From an uncultured Clostridia bacterium (GTDB lineage Bacteria > Bacillota > Clostridia > TANB77 > CAG-508): a stretch of 64,000 bases of DNA. Where the stretch lies: assembly GCA_934167495.1 (NCBI GenBank), contig CAKPKP010000004.1:48148-112147 (forward strand), in the 5' to 3' direction. Shown one piece after another: positions 11,019 through 21,650 of the stretch. A model generated the notes under the pieces. It made no database searches. It worked only from the letters and a program-made list of their open reading frames with translations, and had not been told where the DNA came from. A program made the translations under genes and the position numbers. How positions within the stretch are numbered: the first letter of the stretch is position 1; each line of letters opens with the position of its first letter.

Positions 11019-12047
11019 TTAAATATCGTATCGTATTTTTAAGAATTCTGAATTAGCTTTTATTTGTTCTTCTGTATGAACATCATCTACAAAAGCAAAT
11101 TGTTTGAATCTTATTAAACTTCCTCCATATATTGTATTTGATGAAGTATTTAAGTAAGAAGCAAAATAAAACTTAGATGTACTGTTTTCTTGCTTAATAC
11201 TATTTATTTTTTCGCCATTCATATAAAATGTAGCATTTGTGCCATCATATACGATGGAATATACATAATAATTCTTTACATCATATTTTGTTGCATAATA
11301 ATTATTAGCATTAGACACCATATTTATAACATAATTCTTTCCATTTGTTCCTGTTCCATACCTACCTATACCAATACCAAAACTATCACTTTTACTATTA
11401 GATACTGTAGAAATACAATAATTATTTTTATATATTTCATCAAATTTTGCGATAAAGTATATTGTAAAATAAGAATTTTTTCCTAAATTATCTTCTGTAT
11501 ATGCATAACTTATATCATTTCCAGAAAAATAAATTGAGTCTTCATTTATTTTGGCATTTTGTGCTATTATTTTAGTCATTCCACTTCCAAAATTTTTTAT
11601 TTCATTCTCTTTTAAAGCTTTATAATCAAAATAATAAGTCATGTTCTCTTTGTACGGAATATTAATTTTGTCTAATATATTACCCTTATTTTCAAAAGTC
11701 ACAGGAATTTTATAGCCATCTATTGTTTCAACTTGAATTTCTTTTTCTGATGTATCAGTTATTTTAGAAACCCATATTTCATTTTCCAATTTTTCTTTTA
11801 CAAAGTCTTTTAGTGGCACATCTATCTCATTTAATGTTTCTTTCATTTCTCCATCTAATTTTATAACATTTATTTTATCATTATATTCTTCTATTTTATA
11901 ATCTTTTTTTGCTTCATTAGCTTTATCTATTATTCCATTATTAATTATAGCATTTATAGTAATACCTGCTAAAATTAAAAGTATTACTATAGTTATCACT
12001 AATGCAATAAGAGTTATTCCTTTTTCTTTTGTATTTACAGTTATCAT
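11019..12047 (-). CDS. Protein with a prepilin-type N-terminal segment and a C-terminal LamG/concanavalin-like domain
   Basis: KG|ITLIALVITIVILLILAGI resembles a class III signal/pseudopilin helix but has Ala instead of Glu at +5. The C-terminus (NATFYMNGEKI...) looks like a LamG jelly roll. It abuts the LCP gene with a 1-nt gap. Confidence 0.55.
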   Translation of the reverse strand: MITVNTKEKGITLIALVITIVILLILAGITINAIINNGIIDKANEAKKDYKIEEYNDKINVIKLDGEMKETLNEIDVPLKDFVKEKLENEIWVSKITDTSEKEIQVETIDGYKIPVTFENKGNILDKINIPYKENMTYYFDYKALKENEIKNFGSGMTKIIAQNAKINEDSIYFSGNDISYAYTEDNLGKNSYFTIYFIAKFDEIYKNNYCISTVSNSKSDSFGIGIGRYGTGTNGKNYVINMVSNANNYYATKYDVKNYYVYSIVYDGTNATFYMNGEKINSIKQENSTSKFYFASYLNTSSNTIYGGSLIRFKQFAFVDDVHTEEQIKANSEFLKIRYDI

Positions 12048-12048
12048 T

Positions 12049-13539
12049 TTATTCCCCCATTACTTTATGGATTTGCTCTTCTGCTTCTTCTATTGATTCA
12101 TTATCTGGAATCATAACATATAATTCTTGACTACCCATTGAGTATGTTGGATAGTATGCACCTGTACCTGTTAAAGAATTTGTTGTTATTTTCCATGATG
12201 ACATACTACTTAATTGGTCTTGTACAAGTTTACTAACCTCATCTTGTGTAATATTAGTTTGGAAACTTCCTTCCATTGAATTCAATATATTTATATATTT
12301 TGTTAAAATTGTATTACTACTTAATACTTTTTCAATAATTGCTTCTATAACTTGTTGTTGATTTTTTATTCTTTGATTATCTCCATCTACAAAAGAATAT
12401 CTTTCTCTACTATATGCTAAAGCTTGTTGACCATTTAAATGAGTATTACCTTTTGTAAAAGTAAATGATGGATCCGTATTTGTACTGAAATTATATTCAG
12501 AATATACATCTACTCCTCCTATAATATCAACTAATTTTATTACAGTTGTAAAATTTATTCTTACATAGTAATTAATATCTATGTCTAATAAATCCTCAAC
12601 TGATGTTACTGTTTCACTTATTCCATATATACCTGAATGAGTTAGCTTGTCATTAGCATCTTTACTATGAAGTGTTACATAATAGTCTCTTGGTATAGAT
12701 GTTAATAATATTTCATGAGTTTTTGTATTAACAGTTGCTAGAATATTTGCATCACTTCTTGCAACATTAGTAATACTTCCTGTTGTATCAATTCCACTAA
12801 CATATACATTAAATATTCCATTTTCAATTGTATGTTCAGAATTTGTATTTTCTATTACACTTTCTACTTTTACATCATGATTTACAATATATATTATTTT
12901 AGTATTTTCTTTAAATCCTTTTATTTCTTCTGAAAGCATTTCATATTGTGTTAATGAAACAAATATTGTGTCTATTTCATCATCAATTAGTTTTGTTCCT
13001 AAGTCTGTTAAATTTTGTTCACTTTTTAATGTTACATTAACTTTATTTTCTAAATCGTTTTTTACACTCTCTTCTATTTGAAATAAGTATACATCTGTTC
13101 CTTCAACATCTTCTATATTAGTATATGAACTATCCTTTTTAGAAACAATATAATATTGCTCAGTTTCAGTAACTTGTTTAAATACATTTCCTAAAAAATT
13201 ACTTGTTGCAAGTAAATAATTAGTTGCATAGACATACACAGCTGATATCAAAATAGCTATTATTATACATATAATATTAATAACATATCCTTTTCTACTT
13301 TTTGCAATCCCTCTTATAATTAAATATGTAAAAAGGATTTCAGCAATTGTGAATACTACTGTATATAAAGTTGGAAGCATGTCTATTTGTATAACTGCAA
13401 TATAAAAAACTATAGTAATTAAAAAATATACAAAAGCTAAAATTTTAAATATTATATTACCTTTCGGATTGTTCTTTTCATTTTTTGTACTTTTTTTATC
13501 TTTATTGTTTTCTTCTTTTTTTCTTCTCCCTTGGCTCAT
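12049..13539 (-). CDS. LCP-family (LytR-CpsA-Psr) glycopolymer-peptidoglycan ligase
   Basis: N-terminal TM helices. LCP core ILLTSIPRDYYV...NDKLTHSGIYG...FTTVIKLVDIIGGVDV. Confidence 0.85.
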   Translation of the reverse strand: MSQGRRKKEENNKDKKSTKNEKNNPKGNIIFKILAFVYFLITIVFYIAVIQIDMLPTLYTVVFTIAEILFTYLIIRGIAKSRKGYVINIICIIIAILISAVYVYATNYLLATSNFLGNVFKQVTETEQYYIVSKKDSSYTNIEDVEGTDVYLFQIEESVKNDLENKVNVTLKSEQNLTDLGTKLIDDEIDTIFVSLTQYEMLSEEIKGFKENTKIIYIVNHDVKVESVIENTNSEHTIENGIFNVYVSGIDTTGSITNVARSDANILATVNTKTHEILLTSIPRDYYVTLHSKDANDKLTHSGIYGISETVTSVEDLLDIDINYYVRINFTTVIKLVDIIGGVDVYSEYNFSTNTDPSFTFTKGNTHLNGQQALAYSRERYSFVDGDNQRIKNQQQVIEAIIEKVLSSNTILTKYINILNSMEGSFQTNITQDEVSKLVQDQLSSMSSWKITTNSLTGTGAYYPTYSMGSQELYVMIPDNESIEEAEEQIHKVMGE

Positions 13540-13562
13540 TAGCTAACCTCCCTTAGTAAATT

Positions 13563-14858
13563 TTATCTTCCTATAGAATAATATTCTACATTTGCTTTTT
13601 TCATTTCATCTAAACTATATATATTTCTACCATCATAAACTAATGGTGTTTTCATTAATTTTTTATATGTTTCTGGTTTAACAGCTTTTATTTCATTCCA
13701 TTCTGTAAAAACAAAACATACATTAGCATCTTTTAATGCTTCTTCTGGATTTGATGTGTATACTATTTCAGTTGGATATCTCTTTTTAAAATTTTCTACT
13801 CCATTTGGGTCATATGCATATATTTTTGCACCTTGTTTTAATAATAAGTCTATATTATCTATTGATGGAGCTTCTCTTAAATCATCTGTTCCTGGTTTAA
13901 ATGTTAATCCTAAAACAGCAACTTTTAATCCGTTAAATGTTATTAATCTATCAGCTGCTTTTTTATACAATCTTATTTTTTGAGCAGCATTTACATCAAC
14001 AGCAGCTTCGACAGTTTTTAAATTATATCCGTATTGTTTTGCAAGATATTTCAAAGCTTTAGTATCTTTTGGAAAACAACTTCCACCATATCCTATACCT
14101 GCTCTTAAGAAGTTTGAGCCTATTCTATCATCATATTTCATACCTTCTGCAACATCTTCTATATTAGCACCTACTAATTCACAAAGATTTGCTATATCGT
14201 TCATATATGATATTTTTAATGCCAAAAAGTCATTTGATGCATATTTAATCATCTCTGCACTTCTTCTACTAACAGAAACAATTGGTAAATTAAATGGTTT
14301 ATAAATTTCTTTTAGCATTTCTTCTGCTTTTTTACTTTCAGTTCCTATTACTATTCTTTTTGCATGTAAAGTATCTCTTACAGCTGTTCCTTGTGCTAAG
14401 AATTCTGGATTACTTGCAACTTCAACTTTTATTGTCTTATCTGGTAAAAAGTCATTTATAAATTGTTCAACTTTATCATTAGTTCCTATTGGAACTGTTG
14501 ATTTTACAACAACTAAGCAATCATGTTCAATAGATTCTGCTATTTGTCTTGAAACTGTTGCTACATAACTAAGATTTGCTGAACCATCTGGTTGTTCTGG
14601 TGTTCCAACACCTATAAAAATTGCATCAGCATTTTTATAAGCACTTTTAAAATCTGTTGTATAATCAAGTCTTCCTTCTTTATAATTTTTTTGCATTAAT
14701 CCTTCTAAGTCTTGTTCAAAAATAGGTGATTTTCCCTCTTTCATTGTTTGTACTTTATTTTCATCTATATCTACACATACTACATTATGACCTTTTTCTG
14801 CAAAACATACTCCTGCTACTAAACCTACATATCCTGTTCCTGCTACTGCTATTTTCAT
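13563..14858 (-). CDS. ugd: UDP-glucose 6-dehydrogenase
   Basis: MKIAVAGTGYVGLV Rossmann motif, catalytic GGSCFPKD, 431 aa. Confidence 0.9.
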   Translation of the reverse strand: MKIAVAGTGYVGLVAGVCFAEKGHNVVCVDIDENKVQTMKEGKSPIFEQDLEGLMQKNYKEGRLDYTTDFKSAYKNADAIFIGVGTPEQPDGSANLSYVATVSRQIAESIEHDCLVVVKSTVPIGTNDKVEQFINDFLPDKTIKVEVASNPEFLAQGTAVRDTLHAKRIVIGTESKKAEEMLKEIYKPFNLPIVSVSRRSAEMIKYASNDFLALKISYMNDIANLCELVGANIEDVAEGMKYDDRIGSNFLRAGIGYGGSCFPKDTKALKYLAKQYGYNLKTVEAAVDVNAAQKIRLYKKAADRLITFNGLKVAVLGLTFKPGTDDLREAPSIDNIDLLLKQGAKIYAYDPNGVENFKKRYPTEIVYTSNPEEALKDANVCFVFTEWNEIKAVKPETYKKLMKTPLVYDGRNIYSLDEMKKANVEYYSIGR

Positions 14859-14882
14859 TTTTGATTCCTCCTACTTATTATT

Positions 14883-15857
14883 TTATAAATATAATTCTTT
14901 ATTTATTTTATACCATTCTACAAAATTTTCAATACCTTTTTCAAAAGAAGTTTTTGGATCATACCCTATTAATTCTTTTGCTTTTGATATATCTGCAAAA
15001 GTTCTTTGTACATCACCAGGTTGCATTGGCAACTGATTTATTTTTGGCTCTTTGCCTAATACTTTTGCTATTGTATTTATCATTTCTTTTAATGTTACAG
15101 GTGTTGAATTTCCTAAATTTAATATTTCATAAACATTATTATTATTTTCTACATATTTTGCAGATCTTATTATTCCATCTACAATATCTTCTATATATGT
15201 ATAGTCTCTTGATGTTGTGCCATCTCCAAACATAGGTATTTCTTTATCTTCTAACATAAGTCTTGTAAATTTATTTATTGCTAAATCAGGTCTTTGTTTT
15301 GGACCAAATACTGTAAAAAATCTAAGCATTATAACATTAAAATTAAATAATTTATGATATACATGTGTCATAACTTCATTTGCTTTTTTTGTTGCTGCAT
15401 ATGGGCTTATTGCAAAATCTACAATCATATCTTCTTTAAATGGGACAGTTTTACAATTTCCATATACACTACTTGATGAAGCCATTACCAAATTGGTAAT
15501 ATTATTTAATTTCATTTCTTCTAATATATTTTGTGTTCCCATACAATTTACTTCTTGATATAATACAGGATTTTCTATTGATGGTCTAACTCCCGCCATA
15601 GCAGCTAAATGTATAACTACATCTATATTATTTTCTTTAAATATTTTTTCTATTGCTTGTCTATCTCTAATATCATTTTTGTATAATTTAAAATTCTCAT
15701 TTAAATTAATTTCTTTTATATTGTTTTCTTTTATAGTTGGATTATAAAAATCGCAAAAATTATCTATTCCTACAACTTTATTTCCTTCTTTTAATAATCT
15801 TTCTGCTAAACTAGATCCTATAAATCCTGCAGCTCCTGTAATAAAATATGTTTTCAT
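14883..15857 (-). CDS. NAD-dependent epimerase/dehydratase (UDP-glucuronate 4-epimerase-like)
   Basis: GAAGFIGS motif, YAATK catalytic motif, adjacent to ugd. Confidence 0.8.
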   Translation of the reverse strand: MKTYFITGAAGFIGSSLAERLLKEGNKVVGIDNFCDFYNPTIKENNIKEINLNENFKLYKNDIRDRQAIEKIFKENNIDVVIHLAAMAGVRPSIENPVLYQEVNCMGTQNILEEMKLNNITNLVMASSSSVYGNCKTVPFKEDMIVDFAISPYAATKKANEVMTHVYHKLFNFNVIMLRFFTVFGPKQRPDLAINKFTRLMLEDKEIPMFGDGTTSRDYTYIEDIVDGIIRSAKYVENNNNVYEILNLGNSTPVTLKEMINTIAKVLGKEPKINQLPMQPGDVQRTFADISKAKELIGYDPKTSFEKGIENFVEWYKINKELYL

Positions 15858-15871
15858 ATATTATCATCCCT

Positions 15872-16384
15872 TTACTCTTTAATATTATATTTTTTCATTA
15901 AATATTCTTTTTTCTCTTCTTTTGTTAGCTTTTTTGTATAATCGCAATCTTCTTTATGTTTATTATAATATTCATCTATACTTTTTATATATTTTGCTGG
16001 TACTCCTCCTACAATTGAATTATCAGCAACATCTTTTGTAACAACTGCTCCACATCCTATTATACAATTATTACCAATTTTAACTCCTGGCATTATTATA
16101 GAATTAAATCCAATATGAACATTATTTCCTATTTTTATTTCTCCAAATATGTCAGCATTTTCTAGCTGTTTAGTATTTCTTAACACCCATATTCCACCAT
16201 CATGTGTAACAAATTTACACCCAGTTGTTATTCTTACATTATCTCCTATTGTTATTAAATATGGCTCACTTCCCCATAAAATATCTGAATAAAATTCACA
16301 GTTTTTACCTACTTTAACACCTAAACTTTTTGCATATTCTACTGGATTCATAAATTTTCTTTTGATAAAGCTAATTATTCTCAA
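15872..16384 (-). CDS. Hexapeptide-repeat acetyltransferase
   Basis: Left-handed beta-helix repeats (IGNNVHIGFNSIIMPGVKIGNNCIIGCGAVV). Confidence 0.8.
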   Translation of the reverse strand: MRIISFIKRKFMNPVEYAKSLGVKVGKNCEFYSDILWGSEPYLITIGDNVRITTGCKFVTHDGGIWVLRNTKQLENADIFGEIKIGNNVHIGFNSIIMPGVKIGNNCIIGCGAVVTKDVADNSIVGGVPAKYIKSIDEYYNKHKEDCDYTKKLTKEEKKEYLMKKYNIKE

Positions 16385-17886
16385 TTTTTCCTCCTAAAAT
16401 TTTTTAATTTATTTAAAATATATCTTCTTTCTGTTGGATATACTATTAAATTACATATTAATATTATAATGAATGAATATGCAAACACTATAAATGCATT
16501 TATTCCCCATGATATATAAGAATTATATTCAATAAAAATTGCATATTTAGAAATAACTATTATTAATGCTATTTGTATAAGCATTATAATTATCTTTTTT
16601 ATTGAATAAATAACTTTCCTGTTTAAAATATGCTTATTAGCATAATATATAAATTCAGTAGTTCTTATTATCATCGAAATCATTGTTCCCATTGCTATTC
16701 CTACTAATCCAAATTTATTTATTAAAACTAGAGAAATAATTATGTTACAACCTGCTTCAATCCATGCGCCAATTCTTGTTTCTTTAAATCTTCCAGCAGA
16801 TTTTATTAAATTGTTATATGGCTGTCTTAAAGCCCATATAAATTCACCTATAATCAATATATATCCAAATAAAGGTCTACAATAATCAAGATCAGTAATA
16901 TTTAATGTATATACTTTTACAAAAGGTGTTATTAAAATGAACGCACAGCTATATAATATTGCTATTACTGAAAAGAATATGATTTCATATGTTCCAAATC
17001 TATTTCGCAAATTATCATTTTCTTCTTGTGCCATCATATTTCCAAACATAGACTCTATTCCTTCATTAAAGCTTTGTACCACAAGTCTTAATCCATTTGT
17101 AACTGTTGAATATACTGAGTATATTGATACTTCTTTTAGTGTTGATGCAAAAGTTAATAGAACCATATCTGTATTTGTATGAATAACAGCAGCAATATGT
17201 TGTGCAAGCCCATCCCATTTTTGCTTTAAAACATAATCTTTATTAGCATTCTTTAAATCAATATTATATAATTTCTTTACAATTAAATTTTGTGTAATTG
17301 GTCTTATTACATATATAACTGCTGTAACTAATTTCAATACGTGAATATTGCAATTAAATTTTGCTAAAATAACAACCATTATTAAATTTATAATATATCC
17401 AACTATCTGAATTATAGATACTATGTATGATTTTTGGTCAGACTGTAATAGTAATTTATAAGTCATTCCAAAATAATATTCAGCAAATGTACTTATTGAT
17501 ATTATTAATACTAAAGTAAATGTGAACCAATATCCTACCTGGTTTGCAACAATTACTGGATATATAAAAGCTAATCCTAACAGGTATACTATAAAGATTT
17601 TTGCTATTTTCTTAAAAAATTTTTCTGATGAAAATAAAATGTTACTTATTTCTTCATTATTCTTATTAGCAATTGGTTTATATAAAGCTGATTTTATTAC
17701 AGGTCCTACTCCTGATTCTAATAAAGTAATATATCCTAAAAACTGAGTAATTGATGAAATTAATCCGTTAATATCAGAACCATATACTTGGATTATTATC
17801 TTTCTTACAATAAATCCACTTAATAGCACTACAATTTGAAGGACAAGAGAAGATAAGACATTTAATATTGCTTTTTTTCCTCGCAT
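16381..17886 (-). CDS. wzx: Polysaccharide flippase (Wzx/MOP superfamily)
   Basis: 501 aa, about 12-14 predicted TM helices, located in a glycan locus. Confidence 0.72.
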   Translation of the reverse strand: MRGKKAILNVLSSLVLQIVVLLSGFIVRKIIIQVYGSDINGLISSITQFLGYITLLESGVGPVIKSALYKPIANKNNEEISNILFSSEKFFKKIAKIFIVYLLGLAFIYPVIVANQVGYWFTFTLVLIISISTFAEYYFGMTYKLLLQSDQKSYIVSIIQIVGYIINLIMVVILAKFNCNIHVLKLVTAVIYVIRPITQNLIVKKLYNIDLKNANKDYVLKQKWDGLAQHIAAVIHTNTDMVLLTFASTLKEVSIYSVYSTVTNGLRLVVQSFNEGIESMFGNMMAQEENDNLRNRFGTYEIIFFSVIAILYSCAFILITPFVKVYTLNITDLDYCRPLFGYILIIGEFIWALRQPYNNLIKSAGRFKETRIGAWIEAGCNIIISLVLINKFGLVGIAMGTMISMIIRTTEFIYYANKHILNRKVIYSIKKIIIMLIQIALIIVISKYAIFIEYNSYISWGINAFIVFAYSFIIILICNLIVYPTERRYILNKLKNFRRKN

Positions 17887-17889
17887 AGA

Positions 17890-19344
17890 TTATTCTCCAT
17901 TTTTCATTATTTTTTCTTTTATAAACTTAGATAATTTATTTTCTTTATTATATATAAACTTATAAAATAAATATATAGCTACTATTTCTAAAGTTATGAT
18001 TATTATTTCTGAAACGCTATGTCCAAACTCTGAACGATGAAATGAATAAATCATAGCTACACTTGAAATATATTCTAACATATAAAAATAATTTTTATTT
18101 TTCAATTTTTTCTCTAATAATATTAATATGTATCCATATATAACATATATTAAAGCTCCAAAATACCAGAAATTCCAATAAGCTTCTAATATTGATGAAA
18201 ATCCAGTACTTGCAATACTTGAAATTTTAGCTTTAGCTGGGAAATACTTATCTCTAAATTCATATGTTATCATTTGAGGCTTTTCACCTGGATATAAATA
18301 TGTTGGTACAACGTGAAATAAACCTTGAACATAACTTCTTCCATATAGTAAATCATATTTTCCATTATTCTTAACATAAAATCTATTAAAGTTTCCATAT
18401 GTGCATCCAAACTCCGTAACGGCTGGATTAAGTGTTCTTATTACATAATGTATATCAAATTTATTTTTAAATTCATTGAAATTTGTAAATAATAAACCAA
18501 TATCGTTTCTTATTGCATATAATGTTCCTAAAACTAGATATGCAATTAAAAATGCTATAACTAATTTTATAGGTATTTTTTTCAATGGTTTTGACTGGAA
18601 TATAGCTAGCATTATCATAAAAATTGATACTAATATAGGTCCTCTTCTAACAAGTAATATTAGCATTAAAAGATATGGTAAAGCTAACAATACACATATA
18701 ATAATCTTTTTAGGTTGTATTTTTTCTTTATTTAAAATAGATATATGTATAAAAATACATAATGCAGCAAATGATACTTGAAAAATATATTGTGTAGGTA
18801 GTGTAAGAACTAATTCATCAACTGCTGCTTGATATATTGCTTTTCCAGCTAGTAAAGTTCCAATTCCACCAACTCTTATAAAGTTAATTATTTCAAATAT
18901 ACTTGTTACTGCAAATCCACAATATGCAATAAATAGGAAAAAGTCTTTCATTTTATTATCTTCTGTTACTATTGTATCTTTTGGTTCTCCATGCTTTCTA
19001 TTTGAAATAATTATTCCTGTTAATAATGCAATAGTACATAAACTATATATAATTAAATATGGAGAATATATAAAATCTTTTCCATATGTTGATGACATTT
19101 GGTTAAGCCAACATTTTGATACCACTCCTGCTAATCCATATAAAACATGAAATCCAGAAAATAATACGGTAAAACTCATATAATTTCCTACAATATCTTT
19201 TACAAGCTTTATAAACAAACCACTTGCAACTATTAATAAAACAATTGCCGTGTTTTTTAAATCAAACAAACTTAAAATAAATGCTAATACTAATAACTCA
19301 TAATCTATAATAAATAATTTATATTTATTAATAAACTCTTTCAT
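17890..19344 (-). CDS. O-antigen/capsule polymerase-like polytopic membrane protein (Wzy-like)
   Basis: 484 aa, many TM helices with a large loop. The call is positional, next to wzx. No diagnostic motif was recognised. Confidence 0.5.
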   Translation of the reverse strand: MKEFINKYKLFIIDYELLVLAFILSLFDLKNTAIVLLIVASGLFIKLVKDIVGNYMSFTVLFSGFHVLYGLAGVVSKCWLNQMSSTYGKDFIYSPYLIIYSLCTIALLTGIIISNRKHGEPKDTIVTEDNKMKDFFLFIAYCGFAVTSIFEIINFIRVGGIGTLLAGKAIYQAAVDELVLTLPTQYIFQVSFAALCIFIHISILNKEKIQPKKIIICVLLALPYLLMLILLVRRGPILVSIFMIMLAIFQSKPLKKIPIKLVIAFLIAYLVLGTLYAIRNDIGLLFTNFNEFKNKFDIHYVIRTLNPAVTEFGCTYGNFNRFYVKNNGKYDLLYGRSYVQGLFHVVPTYLYPGEKPQMITYEFRDKYFPAKAKISSIASTGFSSILEAYWNFWYFGALIYVIYGYILILLEKKLKNKNYFYMLEYISSVAMIYSFHRSEFGHSVSEIIIITLEIVAIYLFYKFIYNKENKLSKFIKEKIMKNGE

Positions 19345-19423
19345 CTTTTCTCCTCTTTTATCGATTTTGTATATTTAAAACTACAAATTATAATTAGTAA
19401 CAAATTTAAAATATTGAAGCTTT

Positions 19424-19515
19424 CCGTAAATTTGTTCTCGTGCGAAATTTTCTTAGAGAAAATTTCTGTACAAAGTATTTATCTAATAGGTTTTTCAGAG
19501 AAATTTCCTGTTAGA
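19424..19515 (+). repeat. Dispersed intergenic repeat copy (modules 2+3)
   Basis: GTTCTCGTGCGAAATTTTCTTAGAGAAAATTTCTGTACAAAGTATTTATCTAATAGG... matches 840-880 and 60870-60922. Confidence 0.7.
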
Positions 19516-21637
19516 TAAAAAAAGATTTACATACAAGATTACAAACATCTTCAATACAATATCCATTTTTTAAGAATTCTTCGTAATAATCGTATCTTTT
19601 ATCTGGCATACTATTTAAAATAGTATCTGCCCAATATTCAGCATCATTATCTAAACTAATATATTTTACTGAACCTGTTATATTAGCTTCTTTAGTTATA
19701 GAATCTGATATCACACAAGGTAATCCTGTTGCTTGTGCCTCTATTATAACATTTGGCATTCCCTCAAAAAATGAAGGAAAAATAAATAAATCCATTGCCA
19801 TCATATATTCATTTACATTTTGTTTAGGTTCTAATACAATTACACTATTTTCTATATTTAATTCCTTTATTTTGTCTAAAATTTTCTGTTTTAATTCTCC
19901 TTCACCTATTAAAATTAAAACACTATTTGGTTCTTTTTCATGTATACGTTTAAAAACCTCAATTAAAAATTCATGATTCTTTTGAATATTAAATCTTCCA
20001 ATATGTCCATACACAAGTTTATTATCAATATTCAATTCTTTTCTGATTCTTTCTCTTGCTTCTTCATTAAATTTAAAGTTTTCATATTTTAAGGCATTAT
20101 GCAAAATAAAAACTTCATTTTTTTCTACCGATTTTTTTCCAAAAACAAATTCTGCAGCTTCAGTTGAAGGGGCAACTTTTACGTTTGGTATTACTTTAGG
20201 TAAAAAGCTAAATGTTTTATTTATCAACTTACTAATTTTACCTCCAGTTAATCCAGCATTACTAGATCTATATATAAGTTTTTTAGCGCCTCCCATTTTA
20301 GCAGACAATAAATCTAGTGTAGCAAGAGATTGCTGGCTTGTCCTTAATACAGATTTATATTTATTTTCTTTTACTATTCTTTTTATTGCAAAAAAAGTTT
20401 TTAATAAATTTTTTGATTTTGGAGGAACAAAAAATATTTTACCTCCCATTTCTCTTATCTCTTCATCATACGCGCCTTCGGTATTTACGCAAAAATCCAT
20501 TTGATATTTATTTTTATCTAATGCTCTATAAACTTTCATTAAAAAAGTTTCTGCTCCGCCTCTATTCATGCCACTTACAATACATAATAATCTCTGTGGA
20601 GCGTCAATATACTCAATTACTGGTTTTATTGCAATTTGCGGAAGATATTTTTCTGATTCTTTTAAACATTCTATTTTCATTTGGTTTATGTCGTATTTTT
20701 GCAAATAAATATCATCTAACAATTTTTCAAAATCATTATCGTCTTTTGCTTTAAATATAAGCCCAGTTACTTCATTATTAATTATTTCTTTATTATATTT
20801 CCAATCTGAAGCTATTATTGGTACTCCTGCAAAAAAAGCATCTATTATAGTTCCTGCTAAACCTTCTCCTTCATAGTATGTTGGAAATAATAATAAATCA
20901 TATTTCTTTATTGTTTCAACTGACTTGCTAGACTCAATTTCACCTTTATAGCAAATATTTACATTATTAACTGAATCCATAATTTTTTCAAAATCTTCTT
21001 TGTAATCTTTTCCTATTTGACCATAAATATCTAAATGATATATATTTTTTCCATATTTTTCATTTATTTTATTTACAACATTTATTGCATTTTCTATTCC
21101 TTTTTCTTTTATTACTCTAGAAAATGTACATACATTTATTTTTGTATAATCAATTTTTGTTATTTCATCTTCTTTTATAGGAGAAAGTTCTTTAAAATTT
21201 AACATTATTTGAACATTCTCAAGTCCTAAAGAATTCAATTTTGTTTTCATTCCATTTGTTTCTACAAATATTTTTGTAATTTTTTTGGCTTTTTTTAGTA
21301 AAAATTTATTTTTCTCAAGCATATCAGGAAGCCAACCACCAACAACATCATATAATAAATTTTTTCTATAAAATTTGTTTAGAAAGCATAGTAATGGTAT
21401 AAAAACCTTTATACCATTTTGTGCAGGTAAAAAAATCACATTATCTGCATTCATTGCTTTAATACATTTCATTATTAATTTAATAGGATGTTTTTTATAA
21501 TTATATGTATCAACTTTTAATATATTATTTTCTCCAACTTCTTTTTCTAATTCATTGTATAAATTTCTTACTTTAATAGTTTGACCATCTTTGTATTCTT
21601 GATTTATAGCGAAATGACCAATTATTGCAACCTTCAT
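19511..21637 (-). CDS. Two-domain glycosyltransferase (fusion of two GT4/GT1-type GT-B modules)
   Basis: 708 aa. Both halves end in E-G-x-(G/P) motifs (FPTYYEGEGLAG and FPSFFEGMPNVIIEA) typical of GT4 enzymes. Confidence 0.75.
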   Translation of the reverse strand: MKVAIIGHFAINQEYKDGQTIKVRNLYNELEKEVGENNILKVDTYNYKKHPIKLIMKCIKAMNADNVIFLPAQNGIKVFIPLLCFLNKFYRKNLLYDVVGGWLPDMLEKNKFLLKKAKKITKIFVETNGMKTKLNSLGLENVQIMLNFKELSPIKEDEITKIDYTKINVCTFSRVIKEKGIENAINVVNKINEKYGKNIYHLDIYGQIGKDYKEDFEKIMDSVNNVNICYKGEIESSKSVETIKKYDLLLFPTYYEGEGLAGTIIDAFFAGVPIIASDWKYNKEIINNEVTGLIFKAKDDNDFEKLLDDIYLQKYDINQMKIECLKESEKYLPQIAIKPVIEYIDAPQRLLCIVSGMNRGGAETFLMKVYRALDKNKYQMDFCVNTEGAYDEEIREMGGKIFFVPPKSKNLLKTFFAIKRIVKENKYKSVLRTSQQSLATLDLLSAKMGGAKKLIYRSSNAGLTGGKISKLINKTFSFLPKVIPNVKVAPSTEAAEFVFGKKSVEKNEVFILHNALKYENFKFNEEARERIRKELNIDNKLVYGHIGRFNIQKNHEFLIEVFKRIHEKEPNSVLILIGEGELKQKILDKIKELNIENSVIVLEPKQNVNEYMMAMDLFIFPSFFEGMPNVIIEAQATGLPCVISDSITKEANITGSVKYISLDNDAEYWADTILNSMPDKRYDYYEEFLKNGYCIEDVCNLVCKSFFI

Positions 21638-21650
21638 ATTATATACTCCC

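Noticed and set aside
14726-15235. 169-aa plus-strand ORF rich in Leu/Phe/Ile
   Set aside because: It is antisense to the well-supported ugd and epimerase genes and has low-complexity composition typical of AT-rich antisense frames. The same reasoning applies to 10272..10556, 10583..10828, 11190..11486, 16937..17182, 17522..17746, 18476..18781 and 20338..20754.
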